Assembly: GCF_004010195.1 (NCBI RefSeq)
Contig: NC_057718.1
Location: 91,059,353-91,123,352 of the forward strand
Origin: Chiloscyllium plagiosum
Lineage: Eukaryota
Direction: 5' to 3'
DNA length: 64,000 nucleotides
Part shown: piece after piece, positions 36,226 through 47,987 of the stretch
Numbering within the stretch: the stretch's first letter is position 1
Layout: each line of letters begins with the position of its first letter
Notes under the pieces: model-generated
Told to the model about the DNA's origin: nothing
Databases searched by the model: none
Seen by the model: only the letters and a program-made list of their open reading frames with translations
Translations under genes and position numbers: made by a program

Positions 36226-37605
36226 CAAAAGTAGGAAGAAGTTATTATTGAAGACATATTTTAGTGGAGTCAGGAATACGTTGTCCTGTATAAACCAAAA
36301 CAAGCTAAATCAGTTTATATCTCATTAAACTTGTTTTATTATTTACTTGAAAACAATAATAGGTTTGACGAGAATAAATGTTGAAATGAAAAACTAATTT
36401 TATTTTGCACGTGAATTGACTAACACAATTAACATCAAAATGAGTAAATTAATACAATGAAATATTTGGTATACATCCCTGGCTCTTAACTGGTATTTTG
36501 CTGGGAATGATTTTGTATTGGAACACTGTGTTTAATACGTCTGGTTACTGGAATTTTTATTGTTTAGATACAGGGAGTTCTCCTTCCTTCCCATTCTTGT
36601 CTGTACGCCAGTACATTGTCATTTATCTTACTTCCCAGTTAAATTCACGTAAATGAGAATTGGTGCCAAGTTCCAAACAAACTAATTAATTTTGAAATTA
36701 TTTGTGGACAAGTTCATGTACATGCAGTTCGCAGGTATAAAATCGTGACTCTTCCTGACTTGAGAAGTGAGGTGATTTGGATCTGATGGTGTTAGCCTGC
36801 CTATAAAATGCTACCTATCTCTACAGAAGCCCAAGCCTGTTTGTCAGATTACAAGCTATGGTTCTAACTTGTCAGTAAATGGATTCCACTTGAAAATCTG
36901 ATGGGTAATCCAAAAAAAGAAGTAAGGTCTAAATCCAGCCCCATGTATGAAACCTGGGAAATGATCTGAACCATTAAACTCTGTCAAGATATTGCCAGCA
37001 CATCCAATCAGTGGATGAAGTAGGTCAGAGGAATGACTGAGACTCTGCATATAACGGGCTAAATTGTAGTTGAAACAATGCATTGCACTTTGAAACAGTT
37101 TGAATATTGATTGTTAGATCATTGACATTAATAGAAGTCTCAAGCAGCCAATCGCAGAACGACCAATCAGATCCCTAGAAATTCAAGCAAATGTAGCAGC
37201 CTTTGAAAAGAGGGAGGATGCAAGTTAACAAGTCACATCAGGAGTCTCCGGTCTTAGTGGTTTCTTCCCAAAACAACCTGGCTTTTCTCTTTTTGGATGC
37301 TGACTGTTTTGTTGTCAGTTGCCAGCTTTGCCTGTTTTTAATTAGTTTGTTTTAATTGATCAATCCAAGAACCATTTCTTAACAAACCCCAGCGTCAAAT
37401 AATCTAACAACTTTCCCTTGACATTTGCCAGCATTACTCTCGTTGAGTCCCTCACCACCAATATCCTGTGGGGTCACCATGGACCTGAAGCTTAACTGGA
37501 CTAGCCAGCTAAATACTGAGGCGACAAGGACAGCTCGGAGGTCGGGAATCCTGTAGCGAGTAATTTGCCTCTCGATTCCCCACAATCTGTCCATCACCTA
37601 CAAGG

Positions 37606-38145
37606 GTCGAGAGCGTGGGGCTGGAAAAACACATCAGATCAGGCAGCATCGGAGCAGGAGAATCAACGTTTCGGTCATAAGCCCTTCATCAGGAATGAGG
37701 CTTGTGGGCCAAGGGGGTGCTGAGAGGTAAATGGATGGGGTTGGGGGGAGGTAGCTGGGAAAGCGATAGGTGGATGAAGGTGAGGGAGAAGGTGATAGGT
37801 CAGTGGAGGCAGTGATGGATGGGTCCGGAGGGCGGGGCCGAGTTGGAGGCTTGGGCTGGGATAATGTGGGGGGAGGGGAAATGAGGAAGCTGTTAAAATC
37901 CACATTTATCCCGTGTGGTTGCAGGGTCCCACGGCAGAATATGAGGTGTTCCTCCTCCAGGCGTCAGGTGGTAACGATTTGGCAGTGGAAGAGGCCCAGG
38001 ACCTGCATGGCCTTGACAGAGCTGGAGGGGGAGTTGAAGTGTTCAGCCACAGGGCGGTGAGGTTGGTGGGTGTGGGTGTCCCAGCGATGTTCTCTGAAAC
38101 GATCTGCAAGCAATGTCCTGTCTCCCCGATGTAGAGGAGACCACA
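37606..38145 (-). mobile_element. Penelope-like element 3' fragment with GIY-YIG endonuclease pseudo-ORF and a hammerhead-bearing terminus
   Basis: The minus strand reads CGLLYIGETG, frameshift, LADRFREH...PVAEHFNSP...MQVLGL.HC...*RLEEEHLIF..GTLQPHGINVDF, followed by the terminal repeat. Confidence 0.85.
37661..37696 (-). ncRNA. Candidate minimal type I hammerhead ribozyme (PLE-associated)
   Basis: Minus strand AUUC-CUGAUGA-A-GGGC(UUAU)GACC-GAAACGUU-GAUU. The core boxes are intact and helix III is the palindrome ACGU. Stem II has one mismatch and stem I is weak. Confidence 0.6.
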
Positions 38146-39099
38146 CCATCTATAGGACACAATTTAGGAGTTTGACGAAGTACTCCCCGCTTACCAGGTT
38201 CTGTGCAACTCTGTCAACACTCAAGAAGTTTGTCACTAACTAAGGAAAAGCAGCGTGCTTTTTTTGAAACCCTATCATATGACCTTAAGCATCTACTCCT
38301 TCCACTGCTACTGTACAATACCACAGCGGTTGCACCGTGACATACATGATGCACTGCAGCAGCTTGCCAGGATTTTTCAAAGGCACCTTGCACACCCATG
38401 ATATTCATTGCTTAGAAAAACAGGGATAACAGTTGGTTGACTGCCCACAGCCAGTATGTCCTCTTTCAACTCACGTAGCATCCTGACTTGGAACTATACC
38501 AGTGCTTATACACTGCAGGGTCAAACCCAAATCCCAACAGCACTGTCCAGTCACTCTCAACCCCATGCAGTGTGTTAGTTCAAGAAGATAGTTTTCCACC
38601 ATCATCCCAAGGGCAAGGAATATCCACTTTGCCAGTGGTGCCCACGTCCCAGGGATAAAAAAATCGTCTGCAATTGTAAGGTAACAGTTATTGAAGAAGG
38701 AAAGCTGCTTTCGAACCTTTGTTCCAGTGCACACCACTGCCCCTCATCTCTACTCAGACCCACCCACCCCATCCCCAAAACCTTTAGCATGGCTGAGGTG
38801 AAAATGATGATAGCTGGTCATTTTTAAGCAGAGGTTCCTGTACACCAAATGTGCCATTATACTCAAAAGGAAATTCAACAAGATTTGAAATTTATATTTA
38901 TGCTTAGCATCTAAAAGCTTTGATCAAACTCTGTCATCTGTTATAGTATTGCATTAATTGACTCAATGACTAGCTTTGTTTGACAGTGCTCTTTGGGGTG
39001 CAAGTTGTTGGTTGTATATTGGCTGCTGGCCATACCTAAACCCTAGCCATCGCCTAGATCCTGTTCATATAAATCCTCCTGTTGCTTTGCTCTGTCTAG

Positions 39100-39266
39100 G
39101 TGGCTATTATCTGACCAGTGTCTATGGAGCCCTCTCACTAATAAAGAATTTCCAAGAGGACCAGGCGGCCAAGTTATTGAGCTCACAAACCAGGAATACT
39201 CTAAACCAGTGGCACAAGAGAAGGACCGCAGACAGCAGAACAGCTCCTTCAGTTGAAGACTTCCAA
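39100..39266 (+). CDS. RIN2: RIN2 coding exon (VPS9 C-terminal part; GGYYLTSVYGALSLIKNFQE...WHKRRT...PSVEDFQ)
   Basis: tag acceptor, gtacgt donor, 167 nt. Carries the VPS9 YYLT motif. Confidence 0.96.
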
Positions 39267-39378
39267 GTACGTCACTTTGGGCAAAATGCATGATGGATAT
39301 TGATTGGAGTGCATTTTACAAATTAAATCCATAGCACAAAGTTCTTTTAGTTTTGAAAGAAACAAGTATTCCAGAACA

Positions 39379-39597
39379 GAGAGTGGTGCTGGAAAGGCAC
39401 AGCCGGTCAGGCAGCATCTGAGGAGCAGGAGAATCGACATTTCAGGCATAAAAACCCTTCATCTGGAAACCCTTCCTGATCAAGGGTTTATGCCTGAAAT
39501 GTCGATTTTCCTGCTCCTCGGATGCTGCCTGACCGGCTGTGCTTTTCCGGTATCACACTCTCAACTCTGATCCAGCATCTGCAGTCCTCACTTTCTC
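39379..39597 (+). mobile_element. Fold-back Penelope-derived insertion with a 16-bp TSD
   Basis: About 90-bp inverted arms. Flanks CAAGTATTCCAGAACA (39363-39378) and CAAGTACTCCATAACA (39598-39613). Confidence 0.8.
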
Positions 39598-40209
39598 CAA
39601 GTACTCCATAACACCCTGTCATTTTACTGAGATGACTTACCATGTGTATGTCTCATGTGATTTATTCCAGTTTACATTGTTTTATCACACATTGATGTTC
39701 TCCAGTCTTTTCCAACACTGCACACCCAACTCCATGTATTGAAATTTGGGAAGAGCAGCCTTTAACATTTAGTGAATTCATAAATGTTAAATGGAACGCT
39801 ATGGTATAGATTGAGCATGTTAATAGATCTCCTAGCTATACTATTTAAAGAAGCTGAAAACATATACCTTATGGAATAGTCCTTGTGGATTCAATGATCC
39901 AATGGAACTTGGATTACTATAGTCCACCTACTTGTTATCAAATAGTTTAACTGGACACAAAGGATTTGGATGTGGAAGTGGGACAATTCTCAATACGGAT
40001 GACTACCAGGTAACCTGTACAGTAGTCTTTTCATGCTTCAAGGTATTTGCTAATAGAGTGTTTCACTTGTGAAGTTTGTAGCTACAATCAAATCCAAAGT
40101 GGTTTATAAGCAATCAAATATAGTTTTCGATAAGCTGCAACCTTATACCTACAAAGTGCCATTCAATAACGACTCCCTTTCTTTTCTCCTTTTATCCCGA
40201 TCTGTACAG

Positions 40210-40545
40210 AACTACCTGCGCGTGGCCTTCAACAACACGACAAGTGGCTGCACAGCCAAGACCTTACTGGTAAGACCATTTACGACAACAGAGGAGCTGT
40301 GTGACCTCTGTGCTGCCAAATTCCAAGTTCAGGACACTGAGAACTACAGCCTCTTCCTCCTTATTAATGACACCTGGCAGCAGTTGGCTCCTGATACCTT
40401 CCCGCAGAAAATCAAGGCAGAGTTGCATAGTAGGCCTCAGTCCCAGATGTTTTACTTTGTCTACAAGCGCCTTCACAATGACCTTCCCAGCAATGCCCTT
40501 GAGCACAGCAACGCGGCTTCGGAAGAATGCAGCGTCACATCTTAA
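40210..40545 (+). CDS. RIN2: RIN2 last coding exon (Ras-association domain; NYLRVAF...SGCTAKTLLVRP...WQQLAPDTFPQKIKAELHSRPQ) ending in TAA
   Basis: Pyrimidine tract plus cag acceptor, 336 nt to stop. The eight exons sum to 2241 nt (747 codons) with no internal stop. Confidence 0.96.
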   Translation, partial: NYLRVAFNNTTSGCTAKTLLVRPFTTTEELCDLCAAKFQVQDTENYSLFLLINDTWQQLAPDTFPQKIKAELHSRPQSQMFYFVYKRLHNDLPSNALEHSNAASEECSVTS

Positions 40546-43500
40546 ATGATGAGGCCTATTCCCTCCTTTGCTATCGTCGGGCATCTTGGACGTTGTTTCA
40601 GCTTTATTTTAATTAACTTTTATAGCATGCCAGGGATGTGTATTCTTACAACCCAGTAAACCTTCATAGGTAAACCATTGCTGATGCGCTTGGAGCTGGG
40701 TATGTGTGTGTATGTGTAACACCTTGCCCAAGGCACAGCTGGTTATTGGGGTTTTGCATTGTATTGCAACAGATATTCACTCTGTGCGTGACAAAGTCCA
40801 GTCAGATGCAATGCATCAGTGAGAACTGTCACAGTAGCTGGATGATTTGCATCCTACTCTTAAAAGACTAAAACAGTGGGAATAAAATCAGTTTGGGCGC
40901 AGGCTGCATAAATGGTTTTATGTTTATAGGAAGACTGTGTTTCTGTGGATCCCAGAGACATTAATTTGGTAGCAGTTGCTGGTTAACTGAAATTTTTTTT
41001 TAAAAGTTATTTTTTTAAGCCAGAAATGATTATTCTTGTAAACATCTGGGCATATAATTGAAACAAGTGTTGGATTTTTTTTTTAGGTTTTTTTTAATTA
41101 TTCACACACTATGTTGATCAATTATTTTTTATTTTGAGCATCAGGTATTTGCTTGATAAATGAAATTGTTTGTCCGAATCATTTACAACACCGCCGTTGT
41201 ACTGTTGTGTAATATACTGCTGCAATGTTTCCTGGTCAGCAGCACCATCTGTGCCCTTTTAGTCAGCTCCAAATGAGATGCAACACCTCCGAGTCAAATA
41301 TTCAGTGATGTGGACTGTGTAGGCATATTCATCAGTGTCCAAACCCACACAATCTTTTCATACGCAAATAATGCGGCCAGTTCTAGGCACCACCTATTAA
41401 TAAGGATGGCCCGGCCTCCAAGAGAGCGTGGAAGACATTTGCTGGAAGGTTACAAGGGATGTGGGAGTTTAACTTTGTGAAGGGACTAGAGACACTGCAA
41501 TCATTCTTTTTCAAGCAGGAAAGGTTAAAGAGGGAAATTGATGGGAGGTGCTCGAGAACGCAAAGGGCTGATGAGAAGAGAGCACATCGAGAGGCAGAGC
41601 GGTTTAGTAAACAGGCCCCACAGTTAAACTTGGTGAGAGGACACCGAGGCAACATGAAGGCACAAGAAATTACTCAGCAAGTTGTTCTGATCTGGAATCA
41701 ACTGGTTAATCGAGTGAAGCAAAGAGATCCAACAGAAACTGGATGACAAGGAAACTGGAAAGATTTTACAGGACAAATAGGAGAGGAATGGGACCAATTG
41801 GGTAGCTCTTTAAAAGGGCTAGTGCAGGCTGAATGACCTCATCCCTCCTGTGAAATTCTACAATTTTGTGAAATAGTTTGAAGAGATCCAGTGGTGTAGG
41901 AAATGGTGAAATAGTGGGAGTTAAGGAATGTTGTTGAACTAGAATTGTGCTCTGTATCCAGCGTGCACAGTGTCTGAGTGGGGAGAACTTGTTCAATGAA
42001 GCTGAATACTCAACATAATGAGTTTTGCACTTCTGAGAATTATCTGTCCCTCCCCTTATTGAGGACCAAATAAAAGTTATTGTTCTGGCCTCCCAGTGCA
42101 GGAAAGAGCTCTAGTGTTATAGTTAAAAGTGGGCAATGGAAAGTTGAAAGAGAGGGAGAGACAGCAAGCAGTAGTAAAGGGAAATGAAGAGACATTGGAT
42201 TATAGCAAGGGCGAATGTGGAGTGGCCTGGTCGTATTGAAGGTAAACCTGACCGTATAATTCTTGGTTTAGTCACCATTTCATCATCAATTAAATCCAAC
42301 CACCCATTCTCAATTGAGCTGTCAGATGGTGAGCAGGCTTGGAAAGAAATATTGATTTTTTTTTTTACTGTGTTTGTGTTTAGTTGCTACAACGTTGTGT
42401 TTACATTACTGTATCTTCACTGCACTCAATTGTCACTTAAACATTCCATGCTAGCTTTTATTACAGTGAGATTACCTTGTAACTAATCCACTTGATGCCC
42501 TGTGGAACATAGCATCTCTGTCACTCCTTGCATTTTGCATCTGTAATTTTGAGGGCCCACTTTGGCAAGCTGTCCTTTGATGGTTTTGCATGAATATTTT
42601 CTGAAATGCCACGGAAGCACTCCAGCTTTTCAGGTCTTTGTTGTCGGAGCAGTGCTTTTTAATCCGCTGAGATTTGTGTTGGAATCCAGTCCAGGATTGG
42701 GCTGCTCTCCCTCACTGGGCACTCCGGCTCCAACAATTACATGATTTTAAGGCAGTGGCTCAATTGCACAAAACTGCGAACAGATTGCAATTACGCTGAT
42801 GGTCTCACTGGAGTAGCATTGAGGATGGTGAATGGGAATTGAAAGTCTTCACACTGGCGCGACACAGGCACTGTTCTGACACTTGAATCGGAACGCAGAG
42901 CAGTTTTCAAAGTCCTCTCTGCTGGGGCATTCAACAGGAGCAGAGTCTCTGAAGTAAATTGTCCAGCCTGAGCGGCACCTGTTCCAGACAAGCCCAGGGC
43001 TAAATTCTAGTACCAGTGGTGGCAGCAGGAAAATCAGGAGCAGGTGCAAGTCTGTAACAACTGAGATGTCAGGACTTTATCAAATAATGAGTAGGAGGAC
43101 TTGCCTGAAGTGTAGATCCTTTGAGTGGAGTGGGTTATGTGCAGGGAGGAAGTGAGCGAAACACGTACTTTAAAATAAAGTGGCCCACATTGGAGATCTT
43201 TGCAGTCCAAAGGATCCTTTGCCACTGTGATTTTGAGAACCATCATCCCTCAGTGCCACCCATTTCTGATCGATTGCCCCTGCACGTTGGCCCACACAGC
43301 AAGCACAGCCTCTGCTTGGAGAGACAGCGGGTCAGCCGTGCCCCCACCAAACCCATTAAATGTGGGTCAGGATGACTTATCCCTTCTGCGCATGCCAGCA
43401 GGCTATGCCCCTTCAGAAAGTCACTGGGCAGCATAAAAAGGCTTATAGCTTGCCAACTGTTCTTTTCACCTGATCACAGAATACTCAGTCCCCAGGCACA

Positions 43501-43739
43501 TGGGTTAGAAAATGGAGCCTATTGTGCTAGGAGAGGTTTGTACGCTACCTGAACTGAGTGCCCTTTGAAAGCATTTCTGGCATTAAAACCTTCTGAATGG
43601 CTATAAACAATGCAGGGAACACCCATTGGCCAGTTTCTCGTCTCTATATCTTAGATTTATAATAATGATGGGGAGATCTGAAGAAAAGACAATGAAGCAA
43701 ATTGAAGCTGAGGGGAAATAGAAAGCCACTGAACAACGT

Positions 43740-44410
43740 GGGGTGGGGGTGGAAACTGATCTTCTCCAGAGATATCTTGAGGTGGATAAGGCAGTCAAGA
43801 AAGCATAGAGCACACTTGCCTTCATCAGCTGGGGTATCAAATATAAAAGTTGGCAAGTTATGTTTCAGCTTTAGTACAAAACTTCAGTTAGGCCACATTT
43901 GGAATATTGCATGCAATTCTGGTCAGCAACTACCAGAAGGATGTGGATGCTTTGGAGAGGGTGCAGAGAAGGATGTTGTCTCATCTGGAGGGTTTTAGTT
44001 ATGAGGGGACGTTGGATAAACTTAGATTATTTTCCCTGGAAAGACAGAGACTGTGAGGGGCGAACTCATAGAGGTCTACAAAATTATGGGAGGCAGAAAT
44101 AAGTCAGAGTTTTTTCCCCAAGGGTGGAAAGGTCAACTACAGGAGGGCGCAGATTCAGGGTGAGAGGAGGAAAGTTGAGGGGACAAATACAAAGGAAAAT
44201 GTTTCACCCAGAGGGTGGTGGGTGCCTGGAATGCACTGCCAGTGGAGGTGGTGGACGCAGGCATGTTAGCAATGTTTACCGCGTAACTTGATAAATACAT
44301 GAACGAGAAGCAAACAGAGGGCAACACCTAGTGGGTCTAAATAACGTTTAGGAATCGGTGCAAGCTTGGCGGACCAGAGGGCCTGTTCCTGTGCTGTGTT
44401 GTATTGCATT
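43740..44410 (+). mobile_element. CR1 3' fragment
   Basis: LEYCMQFWS, FTQRVVGAWNALP-type sequence and CR1 tail GGCCTGTTCCTGTGCTGT. Confidence 0.8.
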
Positions 44411-45485
44411 ATATTGGCATGAAGTGGCCAGTCCACATCCAGCCCAAGAACAGTGTCAGTGCAATCTGTGTTTGGTTTTTTTTTAATCTATTAAACTGTA
44501 GATTTGTCATTGCACCAAAGATGAACCTCCAAATGCAACATGGTTTAAATCCAGACTCTAAACTGAGGGAAGTCTTGGGACCTATGAGACTTTTCACAGA
44601 GACCACATATGCCAGTGTAAACAATCCAGCCCTGAATTGCATGTTTCGGGTTTTGTTTTTCCTGTCTCTCCGGCCTCTTGAGAACCACTGCATTGGTGTC
44701 TTGATTTCAATTTTTGAATTTAAATCCCCTGGTCTTTCTTAATTCCAGAAAATAGCTTACTTAAAATGATGTTGCTGATTTGGTTGACATAGTCATCCCT
44801 CTTAGAAAATGCAGCTGTCTGGCCCAGTAAGATGCTGCATTCCTCAGTGTGAGGACCATCCTGATGTTGCTAGTGGCTGTGATATTGACAAAACCGTAGT
44901 TGCGGTGAGTTCGTGCTTTTCTCATATGAGCTGCATTTGATATTGTTCTGGGTTCCTTTAGAAACTGCCTGTTGTGGAGTGGCAAAATAACTTTGGCAGG
45001 GGTCAAGGTTCCAAATGACGTCCTTTGAGTTTCACTGTATCATTCCACAATTCCAAGCCATAAGCCACGTCCTGGTTTCATGCTCCAGTACTTGTTCGAA
45101 AACGCCTCTGTATTACATGATGCAATAGCATATTCACAACCACTGGTAAACCAAATCCTCTGTTGTAGTGATGCAGATGAACCACATTCTCTGCATTAAC
45201 TTGTGCAGAGCAAAAATTGCCAATTACCAGTCTTAAGAACAGGTTATACTACTGCGTATAATGGGAACAAATTGTACCCTGGGAATTGCTTACATACAAT
45301 TTACATGTGAGTAGATTGCCTTTTTAATGATATGGCATTTGTGATTTTTGTATGTAGTTTAGAACAGTATTAAGAATTTGTATACTGGTATGGCAGTAAT
45401 ATTTTGGGTCCACTCCAAGATACCACTATACTTTATTAGCTTACTGCCTGTACTCTGTACAATTGAAACATTGTATGTCGCACGT

Positions 45486-45491
45486 AATAAA
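45486..45491 (+). promoter_or_regulatory. Candidate distal polyadenylation signal of RIN2
   Basis: AATAAA preceded by U-rich and TGTA-containing sequence and followed by T/GT-rich sequence. A more proximal AATAAA lies at about 40881. Usage cannot be determined from DNA. Confidence 0.35.
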
Positions 45492-45699
45492 AATCAACTT
45501 TTCAGTAATATATTTGTGAATTATTCAAAACTTGTCGTAAATTTTATTTATCATTTCTTTGCGCTGATGTATGGAGCAGTTTCGTCAGTACAGTTCCATG
45601 GGGTGAATATTTCTATTTCTTACCTAAGTATCATTTTCAGGGAGTTTTGTGGAGGATTTCTAGCCAAAGTCCACGGCATATTTTCTCACACAATTTCCC

Positions 45700-46400
45700 T
45701 CAAATTATGTATTCTGACTCCTGGGCTTCACATCATGGCTGCCATATTTAAACGCGAGTTACACACAACTTCAAAGGCCGCAGGTCAGGAACTGCCCTCC
45801 CTAATCTACTACTCTGCCAATTTGTGAACAATGTTACAGAAAGGTGGCACCTCGCTTCAGAGAAAAGGATGTAGAGGTGCTTGGGACTGGGTGATGGAGG
45901 GAAGGGCCATCCTTTTTCCTGCACAGCACCAGACACAGCCAGCCCAGACCCAGAGAGCAGCCCTGGTCAGTGAAATGCACAAGAGTGCAGGAAGAAAATT
46001 ATTACAAGGGTAAGTTGCACCATCTCTTTTCTCACACTCAATCTAACCCTGCCACTGCGCAGTAGCATCATCAAGGCTCATGGTCTATTGCTCTCATCAT
46101 TGCATGTAGCATCTCAACTCAATGGTTCTCACCCATTTCATTCTCCTAAACAACTAATCCTTCCTGTGCTCCCTACTAGCTCAACTGGGACACCTCATCA
46201 CCACTAATGCTTCTATATCACCACGAACAGTTCGTTCTTGCACTTCCATGTCATTCTCCTTTTGTCTTATTATAGAAAAAAGTGCCCCTTACCTGGGCTG
46301 AAAGGGGCAAGACAGGCAGTGATGTGGCTGCTTATTGTTAGTAATGGGATATTATTTGCCACCAATACTATTGATAGGATAGCAAAATCCCATCCCCAGA
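45700..46400 (+). mobile_element. PIF/Harbinger remnant (Myb/SANT-like gene fragment with intron)
   Basis: KVAPRFREKDVEVL, DWVMEGRAILFP and QECRKKI followed by a gtaagt donor. After a tag acceptor near 46275 it reads ..AERGKTG. Confidence 0.6.
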
Positions 46401-46438
46401 CTTTCCACTAGACTGCATGAACAGCCTCCTGAGCAATC

Positions 46439-46474
46439 GTTCTGAAGAAGGGCCACTGGACTTGAAATATTAAC
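46439..46474 (+). ncRNA. Candidate minimal hammerhead-like motif in a PLE terminus
   Basis: GUU-CUGAAGA-AGGGCC(ACU)GGACUU-GAAAUAUU-AAC. The core boxes are intact, stem I is 3 bp and helix III is the palindrome AUAU. PLE tail CAAGATGCTGCCAGACCTGC follows. Confidence 0.45.
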
Positions 46475-47987
46475 TCTACTTTCTCTCCAAGATGCTGCCA
46501 GACCTGCTATTTCTTTTTTGCTTCTGATGAGCCCCTTGGATGTTTACTGCTCAAGTGCCCCAGTACTGACTGGAGAGCTCATCCCCCTCCTCTTGGTGCG
46601 GACAGCCAGGACTAATTGCGGTTGTAAAGTCTTGGAGGACTAAACATAGAGAATGTTCCCTAAGCCTTCAAGTCTATGCCAGTCAAAACTAACTATTCTA
46701 ATCCTATTTTCCAGCTGTGGGACTGGCTGTGGACCATTCCCCAGATCCTGGTCACACCGAGTGCCTGACTGACCAGGGCCAACAATCTGAACCAATAGTG
46801 GATGATGAGTGTTAAATATGTATTCATGCATGTATGCAGGAGAGATATCCCAAAAAGACTTGCAGCTCAAATGTCGTTGCAATCATAAAGATTTCGTATT
46901 ATTTTTACAGAGAACAAGCTTCCAACTGACTATTCTGACAGGTAATAATTTCCTGTAATCGAAAGGTTTATTCACCCCATCTACACCCTAATCTGTGAGT
47001 GCATGACTGTATCATCAAATCATATTCAAACTGACACAGGGGAGTATAACCCAATCATATTCAAACTACTGCATGTGATTGTATTAACCAATCATATCAT
47101 TGTATGTTTACATCTCAAGCTGTTGGTACATACTTTGTGATTCCAGGAAACTTGCACTGTTTGATTTCCCCCTTTCAGTCCCTCATAGTTCCTCTATTGT
47201 CTGTTTCCCTTTGACTCTAATTACCGTTTGAAATGGCCTGGAGAGATATTCAGTTCAAGGACGGTTAGGAATATGCAGCAAACACAGGAATGAAAAAGCT
47301 TGTTGAGAAACATCAAATTAGATTTATTTAATATTGTGACTTGTACCCAGGGTACAGTGAAAAGTGGATAATGTCACCAAGTTCTTCCACCATCTTGGAT
47401 TACTGAATGAATGGTAAAACGCAGAATACATTTATTTTAAATTGATCTACTAACACCGAAACAGCTTCAAAGGTTCGTCTTTCTCTCTCTGTAGACTTCA
47501 CCCTCTCTGATGGTCATCACCATCCAACATCCCCAGAGTCCTGGTAACGTGCCCCTTTTCTGCCGCCACTAGTGCCAATTGCTTCCACATCCGTTGCCTA
47601 CAAGCTGCGTGGGTCCTGCTGCCTTCTCCAATGTTGACATTGACTGGCGGCTCCTGGCTCCGAGTCGATCGACGGTGTCCTGGCTCGTCTTCTGGTGTGG
47701 AAACCGGAGATGGAACAGGGATGGAGATACGGAGGGCCGCATGCCTCCAGTAGGAAAACATCAGGATAATGCCCCAGGGCAACCAAAATCATAAATAAAA
47801 ACTAACAAAGCTACTGAACTGACAAGGCAATGATGAAACCATGTGGATGTGGCTGGACCCATCCATGAGTAGCCAAGCCCCATGCTCAGGATCTGAACAC
47901 TGCCATCCCCCTTGTTGCCATCTTGGAGAGAATGTTATTTATGAATGGAAGTTCTTTTCTCAATAGAGTGAAAGCTGATTTTTTTAA

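Larger units (their letters stand above)
37380..38665 (+). mobile_element. Degraded non-LTR retrotransposon 3' part (second LINE family), interrupted by a Penelope fragment
   Basis: GVTMDLKLNWTSQLN...TRTARRSGIL-like RT C-terminal remnant. Its tail (GGGCAA...GCCAGTG..GCCCAC.TCCC) is shared with pieces at about 8060-8260, 30360-30500 and 59850-60020. Confidence 0.6.
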
